Positions 21,158 through 30,360 of a DNA stretch of 32,000 bases are shown here, one piece after another. Every line of letters starts with the position of its first letter. Position 1 is the stretch's first letter. The stretch lies in contig NZ_BCZP01000003.1 in NCBI RefSeq assembly GCF_001598795.1, positions 150,001 through 182,000 of the forward strand. The letters are read 5' to 3'. This stretch comes from Delftia acidovorans NBRC 14950. Its GTDB lineage: Bacteria > Pseudomonadota > Gammaproteobacteria > Burkholderiales > Burkholderiaceae_C. The notes below the pieces were generated by a model, which saw only the letters and a program-made list of their open reading frames with translations, was not told the DNA's origin and made no database searches. Both the position numbers and the translations under genes were made by a program.

Positions 21158-22090
21158 ATGACGCATCCCCGGCCTTCCACTCTGCCCTCCCGCATGGCCT
21201 TGCCGGCCGTGCTGGCACTGGCTGCCACGCTGGCCCTTGCGGGCTGCAACCAGCGGCATGACACAGCAGCCATGGAATCTGCGCCCGCCCCCGCGCCCAT
21301 GGCGGGCGGCGCCGGCATGAAGCAAGGCCGCGCCGCCACCGTGCAGGCCGAGGATGCGGCAGCAGCCGCACCAGAGACGTCGGCGCAGGACGAGATGGCC
21401 CAGCGCTTCCTGGCCGTGCGCCAGGAGCTGAACGTGGAAGTGCCGCAGGCGCAGCTGGCCGATGCCTGGGGCCAGGTGCGCGACCTGTGTGCCACGCTGC
21501 GCTGCGAGCTGCTGTCGGCATCCCTTCTGCGCGAGACGCCCCAGCAGCCCGGCAACGCCATGCTGGAGATGCGCGTGGCGCCGGCCGATGTGCAGCGGCT
21601 GCTGGGCACGCTGGCCGGCGTGGCCACCATCGTGTCGCAGAACACCATCAGCGAGGACAAGACGGCCGAGGTGATCGACGTGGAGGCGCGCATCAGGAAC
21701 CGCACCGAGTTCCGCGACAGCCTGCGCCTGATGCTGCGCGACACCACGACCAAGCGCACCATGTCCGACCTGCTGGAGATACAGCGCACGCTGTCGGACA
21801 CGCAAGCCGAGCTGGACGCCATGGCCGCCCAGCGCAAGGTGCTGGAGCAGCAGACCAGCAAGCAGCACATACAGATCCAGTTCACGCCCACCCGCGCCCT
21901 GGTGCAGGGCGGCACCAGCTACAGCCCCATAGGCCGCGCGCTGCGCGATGCCGGCCATGTGCTGGGCGAGAGCATGGCCGCGCTGATCACCTTCGTGGCG
22001 GCCGTGCTGCCCTGGCTGGTGCTGGTGGTGCTGCCGCTGGGCTGGGTGCTGCGCGCGCTGTGGCGCCGCAGGCGCGCCAGGAAGGCCTGA
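21158..22090 (+). CDS. lipoprotein with a coiled-coil middle and C-terminal membrane anchor (DUF4349-like)
   Basis: The ATG at 21158 has AAGAGGA upstream. It has lipobox LALAGC and a C-terminal hydrophobic LITFVAAVLPWLVLVVLPLGWVL followed by RRRRARKA. The DUF4349 call is from memory of that architecture. Confidence 0.65.
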   Translation: MTHPRPSTLPSRMALPAVLALAATLALAGCNQRHDTAAMESAPAPAPMAGGAGMKQGRAATVQAEDAAAAAPETSAQDEMAQRFLAVRQELNVEVPQAQLADAWGQVRDLCATLRCELLSASLLRETPQQPGNAMLEMRVAPADVQRLLGTLAGVATIVSQNTISEDKTAEVIDVEARIRNRTEFRDSLRLMLRDTTTKRTMSDLLEIQRTLSDTQAELDAMAAQRKVLEQQTSKQHIQIQFTPTRALVQGGTSYSPIGRALRDAGHVLGESMAALITFVAAVLPWLVLVVLPLGWVLRALWRRRRARKA

Positions 22091-22143
22091 GCGGCACGGC
22101 AGGATCAGGAAGTACGGCAGCACTGCCGTGCTCCAATCAAGCC

Positions 22144-23241
22144 ATGCCCACCGAACCGAGCCTTGACGACCTGCGCCGCCATGCCGTGGCGCGCACCCTG
22201 TTCACACCGACCACCCTGCCTGCGGCCATACAGCGCCTGGGCTTTGTGCAGGCAGACCCGATCCGCGCCCCGGCCCGGGCGCAGGACCTGACGCTGCGCC
22301 ACCGCGTCAAGGACTACCGCGCCGGCGACCTGGAACGCCGCTACGCACGCCTGGCGATCGACGAGGACTGCCTGGTCAACTACGGCTTTCTGCCCAGCGA
22401 GCACCTGGCGCTGATGCACCCGCGCCAGGCCCGCAAGGCCTGGGATGCCGAGACGCAGCGCAAGGCCGCCGAGGTGCTGACCTTTGTGCGCGAGCGCGGC
22501 GCCGTGCATCCGCGCGAGGTGGAGCAGCATTTCTCGCACGGAAGCGTGAAGAACTACTGGGGCGGCTCGGGCAGCGCCAGCACGCAGTTGCTCGACGGCA
22601 TGCACTACCGGGGCCTGCTGCGCGTCAAGCGCCGCGACAGCGGCACACGCGTCTACGAGGCCATCGCTCACCCGCCGGCCGACGACAGCCCCGCCGCCAG
22701 CGCCCGGCGCGCCGCCGCGCTGATCGACCTGGTGGTGCGCAAGTACGCACCGCTGCCAGCCCCCAGCCTGACCTACCTGGTGCGCCTGCTGGGCTACGGC
22801 GCCCCCCATCTGGCGCAGCAGACCCAGGCGGCGCTGCGGCTGGCGCGCGAGCAGCTGGCCAGCTGCCGCATCGACGGAACCACCTGGTACTGGCCCGCCG
22901 ACGAAAACCCGCGCTCGCGCCGCCATGCCATTGACGAGCGGCTGCGCCTGCTCGCGCCCTTCGATCCCGTGGTCTGGGACCGGCGCCGCTTCACGCTGCT
23001 CTGGGGCTGGACCTACAAGTTCGAGGCCTACACGCCACCGGCCCGGCGCCAGCTCGGCTACTACGCCTTGCCCATGCTCTGGCGCGGCCAGGTGATCGGC
23101 TGGGCCAACCTGCAGGCGCGCGACGGCCGGCTGGAGCCGTCATTCGGCTATGTGGCCGGCGCGGCGCCCGGCGATGCCACCTTTCGCAGCGCGCTGGATG
23201 AGGAGCTGCAGCGCATGGAGCAGTTCCTGGCGCCGCGCTGA
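22144..23241 (+). CDS. winged-helix DNA-binding protein of the YcaQ/AlkZ-like (DUF1006) family
   Basis: From the ATG at 22144: ...LGFVQADPIRAPARAQDLTL... and C-terminal YTPPARRQLGYYALPMLWRGQVIGWANL, resembling the YcaQ C-terminal motif. Confidence 0.7.
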   Translation: MPTEPSLDDLRRHAVARTLFTPTTLPAAIQRLGFVQADPIRAPARAQDLTLRHRVKDYRAGDLERRYARLAIDEDCLVNYGFLPSEHLALMHPRQARKAWDAETQRKAAEVLTFVRERGAVHPREVEQHFSHGSVKNYWGGSGSASTQLLDGMHYRGLLRVKRRDSGTRVYEAIAHPPADDSPAASARRAAALIDLVVRKYAPLPAPSLTYLVRLLGYGAPHLAQQTQAALRLAREQLASCRIDGTTWYWPADENPRSRRHAIDERLRLLAPFDPVVWDRRRFTLLWGWTYKFEAYTPPARRQLGYYALPMLWRGQVIGWANLQARDGRLEPSFGYVAGAAPGDATFRSALDEELQRMEQFLAPR

Positions 23242-23316
23242 GGCGCATGCACTCGCCCCCTGCGCGTGGTTGCCGCCCCACAGGAGCAGCGGCAAGGCAG
23301 CTCAGGGGCAGTCCGT

Positions 23317-23640
23317 TCACAAGGTTCCGCGCAGCGTGAGCGTGGCATTGCGCGGCATGCCGTAGTGGGTGCCGTTGCGCGCGCCGCCCACGGCGGCCCA
23401 GTAGACCTTGTCGGTCACGTTGCCGATGTTGAGCGCCGCCGTCCAGTTGCGGTTGATGCGGTACGAGGCGCGCAGGTCCAGCACGGCATGGCCGGGGTTT
23501 TGCACGGTGTCCACGCGGGCATGGCTTTGCGCCGAGGTTGGCGCCCACCTTCCAGGCCGACCATTCGCCGGGCAGCGCGTAGCTGGTGGACACGCGCAGC
23601 AGGCTGCGCGGGGTGTCGGTGCTCAGCGAGAGGGAGAAAA
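23317..23640 (-). pseudogene. C-terminal fragment of a TonB-dependent outer-membrane receptor, frameshifted and 5'-truncated
   Basis: The minus strand gives ...SLSLSTDTPRSLLRVSTSYALPGEWSAWKVGANLG, a frame change near 23515-23530, then VDTVQNPGHAVLDLRASYRINRNWTAALNIGNVTDKVYW...GMPRNATLTLRGTL-stop. These are typical terminal beta-strands. No plug or barrel N-terminal part follows. Confidence 0.7.
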
Positions 23641-23642
23641 CA

Positions 23643-23882
23643 GTGGCAGACAGCATCGAGAAAGTCGCCATCATCGGCGGTAAGACGGCAACCTACGGTG
23701 GCGCCATCAGTGCCGTGGTCAGCGGGCTGACGATTTCCGAAATCGGCGTCATCGTGGGCATCATCGTCGGCGTGGTGGGTCTGCTGCTGGGCCAGTATTG
23801 GCAATGGCGCAAGGACCGGCGCGAAGAACGCGCGCTCACCGCCTGGCTGGAAAACGAGGCCGGTGGGGAGACCGTCCTATGA
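23643..23882 (+). CDS. putative class II phage holin
   Basis: The GTG at 23643 has AGGGAG 6 nt upstream. It is 79 aa with two hydrophobic segments (TATYGGAISAVVSGL and IGVIVGIIVGVVGLLLGQYW) and a charged tail RKDRREER. Its end overlaps the start of the endolysin ORF. Confidence 0.55.
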   Translation: MADSIEKVAIIGGKTATYGGAISAVVSGLTISEIGVIVGIIVGVVGLLLGQYWQWRKDRREERALTAWLENEAGGETVL

Positions 23883-24405
23883 AGTGGCCAGCAACATCAA
23901 GATTGCTGCAGGAGCCTCGGCGGTGGCCGTGGGGGTGGCTGGTCTGCTGGCTCAGTTCCTGCCCGTGGAGGAAGGCCGCAGGCTGGGCGCATACCGCGAC
24001 CCCATCGGCATTCCCACAATCTGCGAAGGCTGGAGCCGTGGCGTGCAGATGGGCGACCGCGCCACGCAGGCTGAATGCGACCTGCTGACCCGCCAGGGCA
24101 TACAGGAGGCCTGGGAAGTCTTCGAGCGATGGGTGCCCGCCCATGTGCGCAACGGCATACCTGACCAGACCCTGGCCGCCTTCCTGAGCTTAATCTACAA
24201 CGTCGGGCCAGGGCAGGCGGGCACCCCCGACGAAAGCCACATGTTTAGCGCGCAGGTGCCGCGGGGACTCAACCGCGCGCCGAGGGGGAACATGGGGGGA
24301 CGGATGCATATTCCTTCACCAGCCCCTTTCCGTAGTGCGGTTACGGCGCCCAAGACGGGCTTGAGCGGGTCGAATGCGGCTCAACCAATGGGGGAGCTGT
24401 CATGA
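23863..24405 (+). pseudogene. GH24 phage lysozyme with a SAR-like N-terminal segment. Homology is lost after about 24215 (C-terminal third replaced).
   Basis: It has a Gly/Ala-rich weak TM segment IAAGASAVAVGVAGLLAQF. Then come EEGRRLGAYRDPIGIPTICEGW...TQAECDLL...LAAFLSLIYNVGPG (E-x8-D-x5-T catalytic triad layout). The expected STLLRKLN... continuation is absent in all frames. Confidence 0.6.
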
Positions 24406-24658
24406 GCAGGCTATTCGCGTTGTCGCGCGTTTAAGTGGCCGCGCTGACTGACAGTCTGTCTATGCCGGTGCCTGGCACCGGAGCGATTGCAAAGTGGACT
24501 CTATGCCCGGCACCCGGACCGGTACGCGTACGGCCGACCTACTGCGCTGGGCTGAACGTCACTACCAGTCCAATTTAAATACAATAATCCTTGATCCTCA
24601 AGGATTGCAATTAACAAAAATTAATGACCAATGGGCCAAATCGAAATAAAGGCGCAAA

Positions 24659-25174
24659 ATGCATAAAATAAACCTGCACTCCGACATAATTCCAGGAAAA
24701 TCTGCTGCCGGACTTGATTTAGGGATAAATTTCAGTGAAATTAACGATTTAATAACTAATCCGATTCAATGGAAGAGGGAGGATGGACAGGTTCAGTCAG
24801 TCATATTAAACGAATCTGGATGGATTTTTGTTCCAACTAGAACAAATAATGCATCACCAGACTCTCCACATATTAATGGCCGTTATTATTACAACTTCGG
24901 ATCAATTGAACTGAATTTCAACTCAAGTGGAGATCTTGTGCTTATAGCATTATCAAATAAATATCAAGGCCTTTTCTTGAATTCAATTGGCATTGGTGAC
25001 AAATTAGCAAAAGTTGAAGATTTTTTCAAATTAAAATACGACGACATCGAAGAGCTTCATTATCCATCCGTCAATTCTGAAATTTCTGGAATAATTTTTC
25101 AAGCCGAAGAATGCTCTCTAGAAGAATCTCCAAACCAAGATATTTACAGAATTATAGTTGAGCGCTCAATATAA
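24659..25174 (+). CDS. hypothetical protein (AT-rich cargo gene)
   Basis: 171-aa ORF in strongly AT-rich DNA. It has no TM segment or signal peptide. I recognise no family. Confidence 0.55.
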   Translation: MHKINLHSDIIPGKSAAGLDLGINFSEINDLITNPIQWKREDGQVQSVILNESGWIFVPTRTNNASPDSPHINGRYYYNFGSIELNFNSSGDLVLIALSNKYQGLFLNSIGIGDKLAKVEDFFKLKYDDIEELHYPSVNSEISGIIFQAEECSLEESPNQDIYRIIVERSI

Positions 25175-25281
25175 CATTTATTGGCCATTTTTCTATTGGA
25201 TAAATAATATTCTCCTCACGGATTTCACAGTTAAGATGTTCAGTCCCACAGTGAGATGGTGCGAATGAAGTCTAAAGCGGC

Positions 25282-25737
25282 TTGGATCTTTTCCCCCATG
25301 CCTCGCAAATCGCCCGGAATGGTGTCTTCCACCTGAGCGCCTTCAGTGCGGGCCGCGAAATCTTGAGCTCTGTGTTTACCAGAGGCGCCAGTACGATTGG
25401 GCGTATTATCCCGGGTGGCTCTGCACGGGTGGGTGCAGCCGCCGTTTTCGAGTCTGGTGCTACTGCGACGCCGAAAGGCGGGCCAACGCTCATTAATGGC
25501 ATTTTGGTTTCAAGCATGAAGCTCCGCCCCAATGCCGAAATTTATGGCAAAGCCGTAACCCGTATAACAGCTGATATTTCTGTGCTGCTGCAAAAAGCAG
25601 GCTATAGCGCTGAAGAGTTGACGGAGTATAACTTTGTACGACTCACTGAGGGGAGTACGCCGCCCGAGTGGCTTCAAGCAGAGACGCGCTTGTCGAAACC
25701 TCTTTCTTACATTCTTTGCATTTCGTCAGCGCCATGA
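25282..25737 (+). CDS. doubtful ORF or gene fragment of unknown function
   Basis: It has a TTG start only, and the first internal ATG is at 25516. Composition is intermediate. There are no recognisable motifs. It could be a remnant. Confidence 0.3.
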   Translation: MDLFPHASQIARNGVFHLSAFSAGREILSSVFTRGASTIGRIIPGGSARVGAAAVFESGATATPKGGPTLINGILVSSMKLRPNAEIYGKAVTRITADISVLLQKAGYSAEELTEYNFVRLTEGSTPPEWLQAETRLSKPLSYILCISSAP

Positions 25738-25762
25738 GACCTCACTCCACAGAAAAAGACAA

Positions 25763-26686
25763 CTACTTTTCGTCTTTTGAATTATTAACGAATTTTTGAG
25801 CAATTGAAATTACGTCTTTCAAAGTCTTGATGTCAAGACTTCCATGACCCGCAGAACTAGGTCGATCGGGCCAAGTAAAGTCGCGCTCTAGCAATTTTCC
25901 AAGATGAGTCTCCAGTATTGAAGATGAATCACCTTCATCACATGCAAACTTCAACAACATAATTTTGTCAAAAATCGCTTTTATTTTCAATAACTCGATT
26001 GTCCCATCCACATAATTACGGTACTGACGCAGATACCACGCACTAATTATCTCGATAGCAAAAAATAATGAGGCACAAGAGACAACCCCAAAGATATGCG
26101 CATTAGAAAATCCATAAAAATGAAATATCACCTGCCACACAACAACGGAGACAAAGAAAAAAGATAGACCAAATAATGCATAGCCTCTACCTGCATCGAG
26201 CAACTCAGAGGCTTTTTCATCATACACCACAGACTGCTGCTGTAATGATTTAGTAATTTCAACTATAGCAGCTTTGAAACTATCAGGTGCTTTATTCTCT
26301 CCAATTTCAGCAGATCTTTTATCACCACCCTGGATATCCCCGCCCATAAGTGAGGCACGCCGAAACACATCTACGTCTGATATATTGCTTAGACTATTAA
26401 TGTATAAAGACAACCCAAAAATGGAAACCCCAGCACCACAGATTACCCAGAATCGCTCCGCAATAAAGACCCAAAACCCTCTTAACCCTTGTAAATCGTA
26501 AGAAAATACAGCCATAGCTGTGAAAATAAGACCAAACAGCATTGCTGAAAGACCTTGTATTCTCCGACTTCTCTGCCCTTTAATTCTTTCTACTTCATAG
26601 AGCTGCTGGGCAACATACTTTTTATTTAACTCTTCCCTTTGGGTCTTGAGTCTGTCAAAAATCTTATCATTATCAATTTCCGACAT
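25763..26686 (-). CDS. hypothetical integral membrane protein with two hairpin pairs of TM helices (4 TM)
   Basis: 307 aa. Its hydrophobic segments are LSAMLFGLIFTAMAVFSY, FWVICGAGVSIFGLSLYI, YALFGLSFFFVSVVVWQVIFHFYGF and IFGVVSCASLFFAIEIISAWYL. It has charged soluble N- and C-terminal regions and is strongly AT-rich. Confidence 0.7.
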   Translation of the reverse strand: MSEIDNDKIFDRLKTQREELNKKYVAQQLYEVERIKGQRSRRIQGLSAMLFGLIFTAMAVFSYDLQGLRGFWVFIAERFWVICGAGVSIFGLSLYINSLSNISDVDVFRRASLMGGDIQGGDKRSAEIGENKAPDSFKAAIVEITKSLQQQSVVYDEKASELLDAGRGYALFGLSFFFVSVVVWQVIFHFYGFSNAHIFGVVSCASLFFAIEIISAWYLRQYRNYVDGTIELLKIKAIFDKIMLLKFACDEGDSSSILETHLGKLLERDFTWPDRPSSAGHGSLDIKTLKDVISIAQKFVNNSKDEK

Positions 26687-26715
26687 ATTTACCTAAATCT
26701 CGGACAACAAACCAA

Positions 26716-26905
26716 TTAAAAAAGATCAAAACCGCCGCCCATTCCACCCATAAACAACCCGCCCACAGATACGCACCTGATGCACCCATTGAGCACCTCC
26801 ACAGTGCGCACATTCGGGTTGTCGCTCGTCACTTCCAACTGCCCATCAATGCGCCGCGTAACGCGCTTGATGAAAAGCTGCTCATTGGCAACCAGCACAT
26901 AGACG
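26716..26905 (-). pseudogene. C-terminal fragment of an S24 (LexA/CI-like) peptidase-type repressor
   Basis: The minus strand gives GGVYVLVANEQLFIKRVTRRIDGQLEVTSDNPNVRTVEV...IRCVSVGG. This resembles the terminal beta-strands of S24 repressors. There is no HTH or catalytic Ser region upstream. Confidence 0.5.
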
Positions 26906-27476
26906 CCACCCGGCCCGCGTCAAGCGCATAGTCCCAGGCCGCCCCAAGCTCTGAGCGCAGGCTGTTGGCCAGCACGGGCGTCTTGACGGCCACGCCTTCC
27001 AGCAGCGAGAACGCCATGCTGCGCCCAACGTCTGCCGGCTCCAGAGCGTGAATCTTGGTGGTGTAGTTGACCAACAGGCGCCGCGCTTCGGCGCTGCCCT
27101 TGGGCTTGCGGTGCCGCTCAACATGCCCCTGCAGGTAGTCCTCAAACAGATACCGCACGGTATAGATTCCGTCGCGGCCCCGCACATCGGATCGGGCTTG
27201 GGCGACAGCGGCTGCACGCCGCTTCTCCCTGGCCAGGTCCTCACCTGCATCACGTCTTCGCTTGAGCTGCTCCCACACAGCGAGCGCGCTGGGGTAGCTC
27301 ATCTCGGGCCATTGGCCCATGGCAATCTGGCGCATGTCGCCGTCCACGGGGCTCTTGTACCGATATGTCCATGTGCGCCGCGTGGCAGTGGCCACCAGGC
27401 GAAGGCCCGGGGCGTGATCGACAATAATGTGCTCCCCCGGCTCCAGCGACTTGGCCCGGCGTGCGTTGAAACTCAT
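26906..27476 (-). pseudogene. N-terminal half of a P4-like tyrosine integrase (DUF4102 arm-binding plus SAM-like domain); the catalytic domain is missing
   Basis: From the ATG at 27476 (RBS GGAGG): MSFNARRAKSLEPGEHIIVDHAPGLRLVATATRRTWTYRYKSPVDGDMRQIAMGQWPEMSYPSALAVWEQLKRRRDAGEDL... Similarity stops at ...WDYALDAGR, where the S24 fragment begins. Confidence 0.7.
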
Positions 27477-27605
27477 GGCGCCTCCGTATGCGGCGCAGGT
27501 TTCCAAATCGGCCCCAACCTGTTCGGCGTAACTTCTTCAAAAGGACGCCGAAAAACTTACGCCAAAGTGCGCAGTGTAGATGGGTTTAAGCGGGACATAG
27601 TTGGA

Positions 27606-27621
27606 CTGTATATAAAAACAG
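27606..27621. promoter_or_regulatory. LexA (SOS) box CTGTATATAAAAACAG
   Basis: It matches the CTGT-N8-ACAG consensus of beta/gamma-proteobacterial LexA perfectly, with an AT-rich spacer. It ends 32 nt upstream of the mutS ATG and begins 130 nt upstream of the integrase fragment start. Confidence 0.55.
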
Positions 27622-27653
27622 TCAACAAACCCAAGTGATTGATTTCAAAAGTA

Positions 27654-30305
27654 ATGAGCGAAGATATTGAAGTGAATCAGGCACTTAGCGAAATACCTTT
27701 GGCGTCACATACGCCCATGATGCAGCAGTACCTGGGCATCAAGATCAACTACCCCGACACGCTGGTTTTCTACCGCATGGGGGATTTCTACGAGCTGTTC
27801 TTCGGGGATGCGGAGAAGGTGGCGCGGCTGCTGGACATTACGCTGACCACGCGCGGGCAGACGGCGGGGCAGCCGATTCCGATGGCGGGCGTGCCCTTCC
27901 ATGCGCTGGAGAACTACCTGGGCCGGCTGATCAAGCTGGGCGAGTCGGTGGCGATCTGCGAGCAGGTGGGCGAGGTGGGCGCCGCCAAGGGCCCGGTGGA
28001 GCGCAAGGTGGTGCGCGTGGTGACGCCGGGCACGCTGACCGACAGTGAGCTGCTGTCGGACAAGAGCGAGGCGATCTTGCTGTCCCTTCACACGGCCGGG
28101 CGCCAGCGCTGCGGCCTGGCCTGGATGGCGGTGACGCAGGGGCGCATCCATCTGGCCGAGTGTTCCCACGATGAGCTGGGCGCCTGGATTTCACGCATTG
28201 CGCCCAGCGAGCTGATCTACAGCGCGGGCGTGACCGAGCGTTTCGAGCAGAGCCTGTTCGCGCTGCGCCATGGCGGCTCCATTGCCTGCCCGCTGTCGCC
28301 GCGCCCCGACTGGCAGTTCGACGGCGGCCTGGGCGAGCGCAAGCTGCTGGAGCTGCTGGGCGCGGCCAGCCTCAAGGCCTGGGAGGCCGAGGACCTGCCG
28401 CTGGCCCATGGCGCCAGCGCCGCGCTGCTGTCGTATGCGGAGCACACGCAGGGCCGCAGCCTGTCGCACATCCACGCTCTGCAGGTGCAGCGCGACGATG
28501 AGTTGATTGCGCTGCCGCTGGCCACGCGCCGCAACCTGGAGCTGGTCAAGACGCTGCGCGGCGAGGATTCGCCCACATTGTTCTCCCTGCTGGACACCTG
28601 CATGACGGGCATGGGCAGCCGCCTGCTCAAGGCCTGGCTGCTGGAGCCGCGCCGCGACCGCACGCAGGCCATGGCCCGGCTGGAGGCCACGCGGGCGCTG
28701 CAGGGCGCCAGCGCAGGCGGCATGGCCGCGCCCTGGCAGCAGTTGCGCGAGCAGCTCAAGGGCGTGAGCGATGTGGAGCGCATCACGGCGCGCACCGCGC
28801 TGCGCCAGGTGCGCCCGCGCGAGCTGGTGGGACTGGGCCGCACGCTGCACAAGGCCGCCGTGCTGGCCCAGGCCGGGCAGACGCCCTCGGCCCACCTGAC
28901 CCAGCTGTTTGCCGACCTGCAGCCGCCCGAGGGCTGCGCCGAGCTGCTGGTGCGCGCCATCATGGAAGAGCCGGCCGCCCTGGTGCGCGACGGCGGCGTG
29001 TTTGCCACGGGCTACGACGCCGAGCTGGACGAGCTGCGCGCCATCCAGAACAACTGCGACGATTTCCTGCTGGAGCTGGAGGCCAAGGAAAAGCTGCTGA
29101 CCGGCATTCCCAACCTGCGCGTGCAGTTCAACAAGGTGCACGGCTTCTATATAGAGATCACCAACAGCTACAAGGACGCGGTGCCCGAGCGCTACCGCCG
29201 CCGCCAGACGCTGAAGAACGCCGAGCGCTACATCACGCCCGAGCTCAAGGCCTTCGAGGACAAGGCCCTGTCCGCGCAGGAGCGGGCGCTGCAGCGCGAG
29301 AAATTCCTCTACGAGCAGTTGCTGGACCAGCTGCAGCCCCATGTGCCGGCGCTCACGCGCGTGGCCGGTGCCATTGCCGCCATCGACGTGCTGTGCACGC
29401 TGGCCGAGCGCTCGCTGACGCTGAACTGGTGCGCGCCCGAGTTCGTGAACCATCCCTGCATCGAGATCGAGGCCGGCCGCCACCCCGTGGTGGAGGCCCG
29501 CATGGCCGAGACCTCCAGCGGCAGCTTCATCGCCAACCACACGCGCATGAACGCCAACACGCGCATGCAGATCATCACCGGCCCCAACATGGGCGGCAAG
29601 TCGACCTATATGCGCCAGGTGGCGCTGATCGTGCTGCTGGCCAGCATGGGCTCGCATGTGCCGGCGTCCAGTTGCCGGCTGGGGCCCATCGACGCCATCC
29701 ACACGCGCATCGGCGCGGCCGACGACTTGGCCAATGCCCAGTCCACCTTCATGATGGAGATGACCGAGGCCGCGCAGATCCTGCATTCGGCCACGCCGCA
29801 CAGCCTGGTGCTGATGGACGAGATCGGCCGGGGCACCAGCACCTTCGACGGCCTGGCGCTGGCCAGCGGCATCGCCACCCAGCTGCACGACAGGACGCGC
29901 GCCTTCACGCTGTTTGCCACGCACTACTTCGAGCTGACCGAGCTGCCGGCCAAGGCACGCGCGGCCGTGAACATGCATGTGAGCGCGGCGGAGTCCGGCC
30001 AGGACATCGTCTTCCTGCACGAGATCCAGCCCGGCCCGGCCAGCCGCAGCTACGGCATCCAGGTGGCCAAGCTGGCGGGCATGCCGGCCGGCGTGCTGCA
30101 CCACGCGCGCCATGCGCTGGAGGCACTGGAGGCCCATGCCGACGAGGGCCGCCTGCAGGTGGACCTGTTCGATGCGCCCGACATGCCCGAGCCCGAAAGC
30201 CGCCACGATCCGCTGGCCCAGGCGCTGGCCGCCATCAATCCCGACGCACTGAGCCCGCGCGAGGCGCTGGAAGCCCTTTACCAGCTCAAGAAGATCGCCG
30301 CCTGA
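27654..30305 (+). CDS. mutS: DNA mismatch repair protein MutS
   Basis: [32 protein letters not shown]..., Walker [14 protein letters not shown], ...[13 protein letters not shown]... I prefer the ATG at 27654 to the TTG at 27639. Confidence 0.95.
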   Translation: MSEDIEVNQALSEIPLASHTPMMQQYLGIKINYPDTLVFYRMGDFYELFFGDAEKVARLLDITLTTRGQTAGQPIPMAGVPFHALENYLGRLIKLGESVAICEQVGEVGAAKGPVERKVVRVVTPGTLTDSELLSDKSEAILLSLHTAGRQRCGLAWMAVTQGRIHLAECSHDELGAWISRIAPSELIYSAGVTERFEQSLFALRHGGSIACPLSPRPDWQFDGGLGERKLLELLGAASLKAWEAEDLPLAHGASAALLSYAEHTQGRSLSHIHALQVQRDDELIALPLATRRNLELVKTLRGEDSPTLFSLLDTCMTGMGSRLLKAWLLEPRRDRTQAMARLEATRALQGASAGGMAAPWQQLREQLKGVSDVERITARTALRQVRPRELVGLGRTLHKAAVLAQAGQTPSAHLTQLFADLQPPEGCAELLVRAIMEEPAALVRDGGVFATGYDAELDELRAIQNNCDDFLLELEAKEKLLTGIPNLRVQFNKVHGFYIEITNSYKDAVPERYRRRQTLKNAERYITPELKAFEDKALSAQERALQREKFLYEQLLDQLQPHVPALTRVAGAIAAIDVLCTLAERSLTLNWCAPEFVNHPCIEIEAGRHPVVEARMAETSSGSFIANHTRMNANTRMQIITGPNMGGKSTYMRQVALIVLLASMGSHVPASSCRLGPIDAIHTRIGAADDLANAQSTFMMEMTEAAQILHSATPHSLVLMDEIGRGTSTFDGLALASGIATQLHDRTRAFTLFATHYFELTELPAKARAAVNMHVSAAESGQDIVFLHEIQPGPASRSYGIQVAKLAGMPAGVLHHARHALEALEAHADEGRLQVDLFDAPDMPEPESRHDPLAQALAAINPDALSPREALEALYQLKKIAA

Positions 30306-30360
30306 ACGCGGTCAATCGCCTCGCACTAAACTTGCCATTTCCGCAGATTCGGACGCTTCC

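Larger units (their letters stand above)
23643..27540. mobile_element. degraded prophage remnant: lysis genes, AT-rich cargo, repressor tail and integrase N-terminal half
   Basis: It holds a holin and GH24 endolysin at the left, an S24 fragment and a DUF4102-type integrase fragment at the right, and no structural or replication genes. Its edges fall in a broken receptor gene and next to mutS. Confidence 0.7.

Noticed and set aside
27477-27653. Search for a tRNA or tmRNA gene as the integration target next to the integrase stub
   Set aside because: No cloverleaf-compatible sequence or conserved T-loop (GGTTCGAATCC-like) is present. The neighbouring gene is mutS, so a protein-gene 5' end is the more likely target.
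27639-27653. TTG start for mutS (track) and TTG start at 15352 for the desaturase
   Set aside because: In-frame ATG codons lie 5 codons downstream in both cases (27654 and 15367). The decayed duplicate at 11977 also aligns at the ATG. This is uncertain without N-terminal data.
28191-30206. 671-aa minus-strand ORF inside mutS, plus other nested ORFs at 28217..29008 and 29393..30364
   Set aside because: They are antisense or out-of-frame shadows of mutS with Arg/Ala/Gly/Gln-rich products and no motifs.
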